Shown one piece after another: positions 27,906 through 36,619 of a DNA stretch of 64,000 nucleotides. The DNA lies in contig CALKWM010000020.1 in assembly GCA_938004065.1 (NCBI GenBank), positions 1,813 to 65,812 of the forward strand. Reading direction: 5' to 3'. The notes below the pieces were generated by a model. It ran no database searches and was not told the DNA's origin. It saw only the letters and a program-made list of their open reading frames with translations. This DNA comes from an uncultured bacterium. GTDB lineage: Bacteria > Patescibacteriota > JAHJAL01. Position numbers and translations under genes: made by a program. Within the stretch, counting starts at the first letter, position 1, and each line of letters begins with the position of its first letter.

Positions 27906-28544
27906 ATGTGTGGAAGATTTAGTATAAAATCGGATCGAGAATATATCGAGCATAGATTTAAGGCAGGTTTTTGTGAGAAATTTCGTCCCAACTCGAATGC
28001 ATCTCCGGGTCAAATTTTGCCGGTAATAAAGTCAGATACACCAAGTGAAATTAATTTTTTGAAATGGGGTTTGAGTCCCGCTTGGTACAAAAAGATGAAA
28101 GGAGAGAGTGCGGGGCTTATCAATGTGCGGGATGATAATTTGAAATTGAAAAGAACTTTCGAAAAGGATTTACTGGATAGACGATGTCTGGTCTTGGCCG
28201 ATGGTTTTTATGAATGGAAAAAAGTTGATGATAAAAAAGTTCCCTACAGATTTGCAATGGGTGGGGATGAATTGTTTGCAATGGCCGGTATATGGGGAGA
28301 AAATGTGGATAAACGTGGGGAAAAGATTTTGACGTTTGCGATAGTTACGACCGAAGCCAATAGTGATGTGAAGGAAATCCACAATCGAATGCCGGTGATT
28401 TTGGAGCCGGAGCAAGAACAAATCTGGCTTGCAAAAAGTGAAAAAAATAGCTATTTGAGTTTGTTGGATCCATTGCCACCTGGCATATTGGAGGGGAAGG
28501 TGGTTGGTAAAGTAATAAATATGCGCCCAAGGCGCACCAGATGA
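27906..28544 (+). CDS. SOS-response-associated peptidase (SRAP/YedK, DUF159)
   Basis: The N-terminal MCGRF, with catalytic Cys2, and the downstream conserved core are present. Confidence 0.85.
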   Translation: MCGRFSIKSDREYIEHRFKAGFCEKFRPNSNASPGQILPVIKSDTPSEINFLKWGLSPAWYKKMKGESAGLINVRDDNLKLKRTFEKDLLDRRCLVLADGFYEWKKVDDKKVPYRFAMGGDELFAMAGIWGENVDKRGEKILTFAIVTTEANSDVKEIHNRMPVILEPEQEQIWLAKSEKNSYLSLLDPLPPGILEGKVVGKVINMRPRRTR

Positions 28545-28562
28545 CTGGAAAAGTAAAAAGTA

Positions 28563-28589
28563 AAACCGGATTATTGGTCCGGTTTTTTT
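28563..28589. terminator. Bidirectional intrinsic terminator between convergent genes
   Basis: AAACCGGA-ttattgg-TCCGGTTTTTTT, a 7-bp stem plus T-run. Confidence 0.6.
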
Positions 28590-28594
28590 GATTA

Positions 28595-29245
28595 TTAAAT
28601 CTTTAATTTTTTTGATTTGATGAACCATTCATTTAAGATCGATTCATCAAATTTTAGTTCTCCCTTTCCGTTAATTTTTAAAGGGATCTCTGTTGGCATT
28701 GTTCTACGTAGTTTTTCTATTCTTTTTTCATTTAGTCTTTTATATCCAGTTTGTTTGATAACTCTTTCAGCTATATCGGAGTTTAGAGTTTTGTTTTTAT
28801 ATCTGTATTTTAGATTAATTTGGGGTTGGGTACTTACGGAATAGTACCCATTATTGCTTCTTTTGTAATTGAGTCCAGTTTTATTGTCATGTTTATACTC
28901 TTTCGGTGACAAATTAAATGGACACTCATTCTTATTAATAAATTTCCAATCCCCTTGAATATAGGAAATGGAAATTGTTTCTACGAATTTGTTGCAGTAT
29001 GGACATTCATAAGCCGGATCAATGTCGTTATCACATCTTTGGCATTTGGTATAAGAAAGGTGCTTTACAATTTGATCACGGCTTTTTTGACAATTACCAC
29101 AGTATTCTTCGTCATCGTCTAAGCCATTGCCACAATTCCAGCAATAAATTGGATAAGCATTGACTTCACGTAAACTAATGGCTGAATTGTGACAAGAGGG
29201 ACAGATGTCGTTTTCCAGAGTAAATCCGCATTGAACACAATACAT
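28595..29245 (-). CDS. Cysteine-rich multi-zinc-ribbon protein
   Basis: MYCVQCGFTLENDICPSCHN plus several more CxxC pairs. Confidence 0.5.
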   Translation of the reverse strand: MYCVQCGFTLENDICPSCHNSAISLREVNAYPIYCWNCGNGLDDDEEYCGNCQKSRDQIVKHLSYTKCQRCDNDIDPAYECPYCNKFVETISISYIQGDWKFINKNECPFNLSPKEYKHDNKTGLNYKRSNNGYYSVSTQPQINLKYRYKNKTLNSDIAERVIKQTGYKRLNEKRIEKLRRTMPTEIPLKINGKGELKFDESILNEWFIKSKKLKI

Positions 29246-29432
29246 TATACTTTATCATCTCGCTTTCTGTTTTTTATTATTTTAAATTTCTTAACAAGTC
29301 AATGATATGAAAAAAATTGGGTAACGGCAATTGTTTATTATGTAATTGAGTAATGTGAAGAAAAAAATGTAAAATATAATTAGAAAGAAATTGGATAGGG
29401 TATAATTTTATATAGATATTTAAAAGTGCAAT

Positions 29433-29954
29433 ATGTGGAAATATTTATGGTTGGTAGTTATGTTCTTTGTTGTTACCGGATGCGAAAAATCTACGGATGT
29501 AGGGAATGTGGATTTGGATGTGGTGCCGGTAGCTGATGAAAATCATATGTTAAATGTGGAATTGGATAATGATGAAGTACAAGCTTTGATAATGGCAATC
29601 GATGATGAATACAAAGCCAGGGCGACGTACAAAGCGATAGTGGAAAAATTTGGGGAGATAAGTCCTTTTGCAAGTATCATCAAAGCTGAGCAAAAACACA
29701 TCGATGAATTGCTAATGTTGTTTGAAAAGTATGAGGTGATGGTTCCAAGTGATAGTTGGGAGATAAGTCCGGATGATTTTGAATCGAAAGAATTGGCCTG
29801 TGTGCTGGGAGTGAATGCCGAGTTAAACAATGTGTTGTTGTATGATATGTTGTTGCCCAAAATAAAACATCAGGATATCGTGGATGTTTTTGAAAAACTG
29901 CAAGACGCTTCAGAAAACAATCATTTATTGGCTTTTGAAAAATGTGGAGAATAG
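29433..29954 (+). CDS. Lipoprotein with DUF2202/ferritin-like domain
   Basis: The lipobox VVTGC is followed by DDEYKARATYKAIVEKFGEISPFASIIKAEQKHIDEL. Confidence 0.5.
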   Translation: MWKYLWLVVMFFVVTGCEKSTDVGNVDLDVVPVADENHMLNVELDNDEVQALIMAIDDEYKARATYKAIVEKFGEISPFASIIKAEQKHIDELLMLFEKYEVMVPSDSWEISPDDFESKELACVLGVNAELNNVLLYDMLLPKIKHQDIVDVFEKLQDASENNHLLAFEKCGE

Positions 29955-30043
29955 GCAATAAGCAATAAGGAAATATAGTGTTAATGGTGGTTAAAAATAT
30001 TAGAAATTTGAAATTTGATTAATATTTTTTTGAGGGTGAAGTT

Positions 30044-30988
30044 ATGAAAAAAATATGGATGGTGTTTTTGGGATTTGGTTTGGTTTTGTCCGGATGTCTG
30101 CCTCGGGGTGGGGATGATCTGGAAAATATACTGAAAAATTTATTTGCGGAAAAATATGATAAGCCAGTTATGGATATCGAAGTTGATATCAACGCCAGGA
30201 CTGATCATCATGCTCGGGGTTCGGTTAGATTGGGAGAAGGTGCGGGAAACGCGGGTGGATTTTTGGCTTCCGATATGTTGGGTGATTGGGAAATAGTGTG
30301 GGATGGAAATGGAGTTTATAGTTGCAGTCAAGTTGAGCCCTATGATTTCCCCCCGGATTATATCGAAGGTTGTTATGATGATGGAGCAGATAAGAGCACG
30401 GATGGTGTAGATCAAGACCAACAGATGAAATCAATTATCAAGTCATTGTTTTTGGCGGAACCGGGCTTTAGTGATTTGTCTGTGGATGATATCGCCATTA
30501 CATTTAGCAAAATAGCAACGAACCATGTATCCGGTATGGTGGAAGTTTTGGGTGGTGGTCCGGGAAATGCCGGTGGTTTTCTCGCATCAAATATTGCCGG
30601 TGATTGGGAATTGGTATGGCATGGAAATGGTGTGTACGAATGCAGTTTGCTGGAACAGTATAATTTTCCGGAAAATATGAAAGAAGGTTGTTTTGACAAT
30701 GGTTTTGCCAATGAGGTGGTAAATGAAGATGTCGAACAGATTTTAAAACAAAGATTTGCGGAAAAGTATAACAAAAATGTAAATGAAGTAGAATTGCATA
30801 TCAATGATCAGATTCCAAGTTTTGTAAAAGGTGGGATTAAATTTGCCGGAGAGATTTCGGGAGCGATGTTTTTTGCGGCTGAAGTGGGCGGGGAATGGGT
30901 GATAGTGTGGGATGGAAATGGTGTGTATGAATGTAGTTTGTTGCAAAGTTATAATTTTCCGGCAGATTGGATGGAGGGATGTATATAG
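30044..30988 (+). CDS. Lipoprotein with three tandem ~100-aa repeats
   Basis: The lipobox LSGC is followed by three repeats sharing GNAGGFLAS...GDWE[IL]VW[DH]GNGVY.CS...Y.FP. Confidence 0.5.
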   Translation: MKKIWMVFLGFGLVLSGCLPRGGDDLENILKNLFAEKYDKPVMDIEVDINARTDHHARGSVRLGEGAGNAGGFLASDMLGDWEIVWDGNGVYSCSQVEPYDFPPDYIEGCYDDGADKSTDGVDQDQQMKSIIKSLFLAEPGFSDLSVDDIAITFSKIATNHVSGMVEVLGGGPGNAGGFLASNIAGDWELVWHGNGVYECSLLEQYNFPENMKEGCFDNGFANEVVNEDVEQILKQRFAEKYNKNVNEVELHINDQIPSFVKGGIKFAGEISGAMFFAAEVGGEWVIVWDGNGVYECSLLQSYNFPADWMEGCI

Positions 30989-31013
30989 GGTAAAAAATAG
31001 TTTTTGGGATGAA

Positions 31014-31047
31014 AAAACAGACAGTTGTTGTTCGGCTGTCTGTTTTT
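31014..31047 (+). terminator. Intrinsic terminator
   Basis: ACAGACAG-ttgttgttcgg-CTGTCTGTTTTT. Confidence 0.6.
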
Positions 31048-31264
31048 AGTAAACTTGTTGACGGTTGACAAAAATATTTATACGTGTTAAACTGTATTTG
31101 TCTGATAATTAATCCATTTAAATTGATCGATTTTGTAAGCTAGAGAGAATTGATAAAAAATAATTCAAACGACCTTTTTTTGGTGTATTGAGTATTTTGA
31201 TAATATCAGTTCTTTTTTTGGATGGGAAAATCAATTTGATTGGATTAATCAGTTGGGAGGATAT

Positions 31265-32800
31265 ATGAGTAAAAATGATCAAAGTATTTTATCAATAAAG
31301 AATTTATATGTCAGAGTCGGTAGTAGAAAATTGGTCAATGATGTTAGTTTTTCTTTGGGTATGGGTGAGTGCGTGGGGGTTGTTGGTGAAGAGGGAAATG
31401 GAAAGAGTACATTGATTGGTTTGATAGTGGGGGAAAAGTTGGATCAAATGTTTAAATATGAGGGGAATATTGCGATCAATGGTAGCATAGGGTATTTGCC
31501 ACAAAAAGTAGACAATCCAAATTTTGCTCATTTTTCCGTGGGAGAGTATTTGGTATGCAATGAAAATAATCAAATGATGGACTGGGAGAAGTATAATCAA
31601 TGGTCAGAAATTGAGAGAAAAGCGAATGAGTGGGGCATAAAATCCGTAATGGACCATGATATCCATTGGCGGGATTTGAGTGGAGGAGAAAAAATAAAAT
31701 TGGCTTTACTAAAAATACTTTATAACAAACCTGATTTGTTGGTTTTGGATGAACCGACTAACAATATGGATAGAGAGGGGGTAAAGTGGTTGACCAAATT
31801 GATTAAAAGTTACGAGGGTGGTGTGGTTTTAGTAAGCCATGATCAAGAGTTGTTGGATGGTGTGGTAAACCGTGTGGTACATTTGGAACAGGTGAAAGGT
31901 AGAAAGCTGGGGGTAACACATGTTTTTTGCGGATCTTTTAAAGACTATTTGATAGAATATAATGATGATTTTATTTCCAAGTTGAATAAATATCGACGGA
32001 ATTTTCGTAAAAAGAAAGTAGCATTAGAAAAAGCCAATGATATTAAAAACCGGGTGCGACAGCAGCAAGAAAATATCAAAGATTGTAATACGCGGAGATT
32101 GCTGAACAAAAAGATGAAAAATATATTGGTGGTGGAGAAAAATATTGTTAAAAAGTACGAAATGACTAAACCGGAACGTGAGCAAATATCTGATTTTTGT
32201 TTAAAAAATAAAGGTCCTAAGAAAAAAAATTGGGAGTTAGAAATTGGGGCCTTGGGATTTCCTGGGAAAAATATCTTGAAGAAGTCTAAAATAAATATTG
32301 GATTTGGTGAAAAGATTTTTATTACCGGCCGAAATGGTTGTGGTAAAACAACATGGTTGGATGCATTGGCGGTGGAATTAGAAAAAAAAGGAATTAAGTA
32401 TGGGTATTTTAGACAGGAATACAGTAATAGTGTAAATTCTCAAACAAAGATAGTAGATCTATTTGATCCAGGATTAAAAGAAAGATTTGGTTGGTTGGGG
32501 ATGAATAATTTATCAGATTGGGAGCTAAATTCGAGATGGGGGGAGTTAAGTGAGGGGCAAAAGGCAAAAATCTGTTTGATAAAGTTGTTTGTCGAAGATA
32601 ATGAAATCTTGCTTTTGGATGAACCGACCAGAAATCTGTCAATTTTTTCCAAGCTAAAATTTGATGAAATATTGAAGCGAGACGGTCGGGCGATGGTGGT
32701 AGTATCGCATGATGGAATTTCGATAAATTCTGTAGCGGACAGATTATACAGGATTGAAAGTTGTGTTTTAACCGAGGATAATAAAAATTGCCCCAAATAA
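31265..32800 (+). CDS. ABC-F family ATPase (two ABC domains, no TMD)
   Basis: Two Walker A motifs, GEEGNGKST and GRNGCGKTT. Two signature/Walker B pairs, LSGGEKIKL...LLVLDEPTNNMD and LSEGQKAKI...LLLDEPTRNLS. An RBS GGAGG precedes ATG 31265. Confidence 0.8.
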   Translation: MSKNDQSILSIKNLYVRVGSRKLVNDVSFSLGMGECVGVVGEEGNGKSTLIGLIVGEKLDQMFKYEGNIAINGSIGYLPQKVDNPNFAHFSVGEYLVCNENNQMMDWEKYNQWSEIERKANEWGIKSVMDHDIHWRDLSGGEKIKLALLKILYNKPDLLVLDEPTNNMDREGVKWLTKLIKSYEGGVVLVSHDQELLDGVVNRVVHLEQVKGRKLGVTHVFCGSFKDYLIEYNDDFISKLNKYRRNFRKKKVALEKANDIKNRVRQQQENIKDCNTRRLLNKKMKNILVVEKNIVKKYEMTKPEREQISDFCLKNKGPKKKNWELEIGALGFPGKNILKKSKINIGFGEKIFITGRNGCGKTTWLDALAVELEKKGIKYGYFRQEYSNSVNSQTKIVDLFDPGLKERFGWLGMNNLSDWELNSRWGELSEGQKAKICLIKLFVEDNEILLLDEPTRNLSIFSKLKFDEILKRDGRAMVVVSHDGISINSVADRLYRIESCVLTEDNKNCPK

Positions 32801-32829
32801 ATAATCGGGGCAATTTATTTTGGTGTTTT

Positions 32830-33171
32830 TTATATTATTTCTTCGATTAATACTTCTTCTTCGATATCTATTTCAATATCGGTCGAGTTTTTGGTTAGGT
32901 GATACAAACTCTCTACTTTTTTGTATTGCGATGTTCTATTTAGACGACTCAAATCAGCAGAAGTAAATTTTTGGGCTTCGGAATAATATTTTTTGGCTGT
33001 TTCAAAATCTTTTATTCCATCATATGCCATGGCAAGATAAATAAGTGTGTCTTTGTGTTGGGGGTATTTCTCGATAATTTGGGAGAAATTTGAAATTGCC
33101 TGGCGATAGTTTTTTTCATAGAGAAGAAGGTGGACTGATTCGTTGTATAGATTTACAAATTTTGTTTTCAT
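32830..33171 (-). CDS. TPR-repeat protein
   Basis: TPR-like A/Y/L periodicity in a 113-aa ORF. Confidence 0.4.
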   Translation of the reverse strand: MKTKFVNLYNESVHLLLYEKNYRQAISNFSQIIEKYPQHKDTLIYLAMAYDGIKDFETAKKYYSEAQKFTSADLSRLNRTSQYKKVESLYHLTKNSTDIEIDIEEEVLIEEII

Positions 33172-33350
33172 GTTTTTAAAATTCCTTTCTTGTAAAAAAT
33201 TTCCAAGAGTATTTATATAATAAATCAGTTGGGGAAATATGGAAAGGTTAGTGTTTAAATATTTTTTATGTTTGAAAACGTGAGAATATGAATAATTAGT
33301 TAAAATACTATTTAGGTAAAAATATTTTAATAAAAAGATAATTTAAAATC

Positions 33351-33740
33351 ATGAATAATAGAGTGCGAGGAATAATCATCGATAACGGTAAAATTTTATT
33401 GATGTATAGATATAAAAATGGTATGGAGTATTGGGTGGTACCGGGCGGGGGAATAGAGGAGGGAGAAAATGAGATTGAGGCGTTGAAGAGAGAAATGAAA
33501 GAAGAGACAAATTATGATGTGCAGGTGGGAAAGAGGGTTTTTGATGATAAATATAATGGGGTAGATATTGGTTATTTTCTGATTGATAAATTTGAGGGTG
33601 AATTGGAGTTGGGCGGACCGGAAAAAGAACAGACGAGTCAGGAGAATGTATATTCACCTAGATGGGTGGATGTAAGCGTATTGAATGAATTGACATTATA
33701 TCCGGAAAAGTTAAAGGAGAAAATATTTCAATTGTTGTAA
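33351..33740 (+). CDS. NUDIX hydrolase
   Basis: Nudix box GGGIEEGENEIEALKREMKEETN. Confidence 0.85.
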   Translation: MNNRVRGIIIDNGKILLMYRYKNGMEYWVVPGGGIEEGENEIEALKREMKEETNYDVQVGKRVFDDKYNGVDIGYFLIDKFEGELELGGPEKEQTSQENVYSPRWVDVSVLNELTLYPEKLKEKIFQLL

Positions 33741-33760
33741 CTTTTTGATAGATTTTATAG

Positions 33761-35269
33761 TTACTTTGTGGATAAATCTTGGAGTTTGTACGAACACTCT
33801 TTAGCCTGCAGAAGCAGATCAAAGGGTGTTTTTAGTTTGTAGATTATGTTTCCATCTTTCAGTTGCAAGTTCGAAAATACGAATTTAAGTAATTGCCGTT
33901 TTTTGTCTATTTCCGAACTTTTGGCAAAAATTTGAGGGGCTTTGGAACAGACATTAAGCAGGAAGGTAACGGATTTTACGAATTTTTCGTCAGCTTCAGT
34001 ATGATCTTTCATAGACTGGGTAATTTCATATTGTCTATTTTTTAAATCTTTGGCTTTTTTGTCATATTGGTCCTGAGTAATACTCCTATTAATACATAGG
34101 TCCAAAAGAGTGTCGAGCGATAATTGAATTTTGCTGTATTCGGTTTGAAGATGAGTAATGCTATTTTTATGATATTCAATTTTGGCTTTGTGAGTTTGGT
34201 TGATTTGATTGATTAGATCAGCAAGGATGTCGTCTGGAATGACTAACAGATTAAGGATTCTATTAATTTCCTTTAGTAATTGTTTTTCTTCTATTCGAAT
34301 AGCTCCGTGTTTACCTTTTGATTCCGTGCATTTAAGGTAGATATATTTGTTTTTCTTTTTATCTGATGAAATAGCACAACCGCAGTTGGCGCAGGTCATC
34401 ATGCCACGACCTAGTATTGATTCGTATTTAGTGGACCACTTGAAAGGTTGTTTATGGTATCCCAGAATCACATCTTGGCATTTATCAAATAATTCTTTTG
34501 TAATTAAATTGCCGTGATAATGGGGATATAATTTTCCTTTGATTCTCATTTCCCCATAATAAAAGGGATTTGAAAGCATGCGATTGATTTGGCTATGAGC
34601 AAGAGGTTTTCTGGATGGACCTCTATTGGTTAATCCTTTCTTTTTCATTAATGTCGCTAATCCACGGACAGAATAGTTGCCGGTTGAGTATAGTTGAAAT
34701 ATTTCTTTGATTAGATAAGCTCGTTCTGAGTCGATAATGATAGATGTTTTATTTGTAAGAGGGTCTCTAGTATTTAGATAGCCGATGGGTGCTGTAGTTA
34801 TCCATTCGCCTTTTTTTATTTTTCCTTCTTGAGCTCGTTTGGTATTGTCACTGATTGCATCTGAGTAATATTTGGCTAGACCTAAATTTATTGTAAAATG
34901 AAACTTTTCGACGGCGGATATATTTGAGTTAATAACAAGGTTGTCTGAAACAAAATGCATTTCAATTTTGTCCTGCATCGTCATTTCGTAGAGATTAGCT
35001 ATTCTTTTATCGAATACATTTCTGGAAAATCTATCGACTTTATCAAAACAAACAATAATTTTTTCTTTTTGTTTTTTAATATAATCTATCATATTGTCAA
35101 AATCGTCTCTTTTACCTTTGTATGCTCCTTCGTCAAAACTGAATTTTTTCATTATTGAAAATTCTTTTCGTTGGCAATAAGCGATCATTCGATCGGTTTG
35201 GGCTGGTAAGGAATTACCGGCGTCTTTTTGTTCCTCAGTGGACACTCTAGCTAGTATGACGGCTTTCAT
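33761..35269 (-). CDS. Large serine recombinase (resolvase/integrase)
   Basis: The N-terminal resolvase catalytic domain is MKAVILARVSTEEQ...DRFSRNV. It is followed by a recombinase domain, the zinc ribbon CANCGCAI and a C-terminal coiled coil. The start is moved to MKAVIL. Confidence 0.85.
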   Translation of the reverse strand: MKAVILARVSTEEQKDAGNSLPAQTDRMIAYCQRKEFSIMKKFSFDEGAYKGKRDDFDNMIDYIKKQKEKIIVCFDKVDRFSRNVFDKRIANLYEMTMQDKIEMHFVSDNLVINSNISAVEKFHFTINLGLAKYYSDAISDNTKRAQEGKIKKGEWITTAPIGYLNTRDPLTNKTSIIIDSERAYLIKEIFQLYSTGNYSVRGLATLMKKKGLTNRGPSRKPLAHSQINRMLSNPFYYGEMRIKGKLYPHYHGNLITKELFDKCQDVILGYHKQPFKWSTKYESILGRGMMTCANCGCAISSDKKKNKYIYLKCTESKGKHGAIRIEEKQLLKEINRILNLLVIPDDILADLINQINQTHKAKIEYHKNSITHLQTEYSKIQLSLDTLLDLCINRSITQDQYDKKAKDLKNRQYEITQSMKDHTEADEKFVKSVTFLLNVCSKAPQIFAKSSEIDKKRQLLKFVFSNLQLKDGNIIYKLKTPFDLLLQAKECSYKLQDLSTK

Positions 35270-35369
35270 TTTGTAAAAAGTGATTATTGGTATAAAATTG
35301 AAGTAGTGTTTATAATCTAATGTTATCAAATGTTATCATTTTTATCAAAATTGTAAAGCGTTTATATAT

Positions 35370-35849
35370 ATGCTTTTGCAGGTCAAAAAAGCTTTAGAAC
35401 AGTTTGCGAGAGATTACTATTCTAATAATTGGTTTTTTAAGGAGCGTGAAGCTGTTAGTGCTTTTGCTTTGGGTTATTTACCTAGGCAATGCGCTGATGG
35501 TCAAAAACTATATCATCCGGCGCAAATAGGTGTTGAGTTTGCTGTTCCGCAACAGAAGTTGGATCCGACAAAACATTACAAAGCACAGGTTTGTAAAGAT
35601 GTTGTGATTTGGGGTAGTCCTTTTACTAGCTGTTGGGATGAGGATTGGGAGCCCGTTTATTTTCCGGATATGATTTTAGAATGGAAAGCTCATGTTTCTG
35701 GCATTGATCAAAAGGATAAAGATTGGCTGATGGAATATTCCAAGAAAGTACCTGATTTTGTAGGTATGTGTGTGACTCTGAATAATGATTCATTGTTTGG
35801 GATTGATATTTCAGATGGACGAGTGATTGGTGAGTGGAGGTATAGATAA
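35370..35849 (+). CDS. Hypothetical protein, paralog A of a tandem pair
   Basis: A 159-aa ORF. It shares FARDYY..W...EREA.S.F..GYL, HPAQIG.E..VP, W..PF, EWK and DKDWLMEYS with the next ORF. Confidence 0.5.
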   Translation: MLLQVKKALEQFARDYYSNNWFFKEREAVSAFALGYLPRQCADGQKLYHPAQIGVEFAVPQQKLDPTKHYKAQVCKDVVIWGSPFTSCWDEDWEPVYFPDMILEWKAHVSGIDQKDKDWLMEYSKKVPDFVGMCVTLNNDSLFGIDISDGRVIGEWRYR

Positions 35850-36334
35850 TGCGTAAAATGTCAGAACAAATATTTTCAGCTCTGGATAATTTTGCTCAAG
35901 ATTTTTTCAAGAACAAATGGATAATTCGCGAGCGGGAAGCTATCAGCTTTTTTGTATTTGGGTATTTATTGCCGGAAATAAAAGCTGAGGATGAGTTGCA
36001 TCATCCGGCACAGATAGGGATAGAGGTGCAAGTGCCGAAGTTGTTGGTCCATTACAATACCAAGAACAAGGATTTAATTTTTTGGCAGAAGCCTTTTGAA
36101 GTTGCTTATGATAGAAATAACCAAACTGCAAATTTTCCTTTGGTAGTAATGGAGTGGAAGGACCGGTTGTTTTCTTTGGATTCAAAGGATAAGCATTGGT
36201 TGATGGATTATTCGCGGGTGGTCCCGAGTGAATTTTTGGGGATTTGTTTGACAATCAATGAAGATAAAATATTTGGAGAGAATATTGCTAAAGGAGAAGT
36301 AATTAGAAGTTGGGAGATTTGTAAGAAGAATTAA
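35849..36334 (+). CDS. Hypothetical protein, paralog B of a tandem pair
   Basis: A 161-aa ORF whose start overlaps the stop of paralog A. It carries the same conserved blocks. Confidence 0.5.
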   Translation: MRKMSEQIFSALDNFAQDFFKNKWIIREREAISFFVFGYLLPEIKAEDELHHPAQIGIEVQVPKLLVHYNTKNKDLIFWQKPFEVAYDRNNQTANFPLVVMEWKDRLFSLDSKDKHWLMDYSRVVPSEFLGICLTINEDKIFGENIAKGEVIRSWEICKKN

Positions 36335-36355
36335 TATAGGTAATAAGATATATTT

Positions 36356-36565
36356 ATGGATAAAAAAATAGACAATGATGCTATTCCGGAGATGTCAAAG
36401 TTGCTTACCTTGAAGCAGGCTTGCGAGATATTGCAATGCCATCCCAATACTTTGAGGCAGTGGGATAAAAAAGGCATATTGAAAGCGATTAGAATTGGTA
36501 TTAAAAAAGCGAGAAGGTATAGGAGAGAGGATATTGAGAATTTTATTAACAAGAAAAATGATTAG
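36356..36565 (+). CDS. Excisionase-family helix-turn-helix DNA-binding protein (RDF-like)
   Basis: LLTLKQACEILQCHPNTLRQWDKKGILKAIRIG..ARRYRREDIENFI matches excisionase/MerR-type HTH proteins. Confidence 0.6.
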   Translation: MDKKIDNDAIPEMSKLLTLKQACEILQCHPNTLRQWDKKGILKAIRIGIKKARRYRREDIENFINKKND

Positions 36566-36619
36566 TTGTTGGTTATTGTAAGTCTGGTTTGATATAAATA
36601 TGTATTAGCAAAAGATGTA

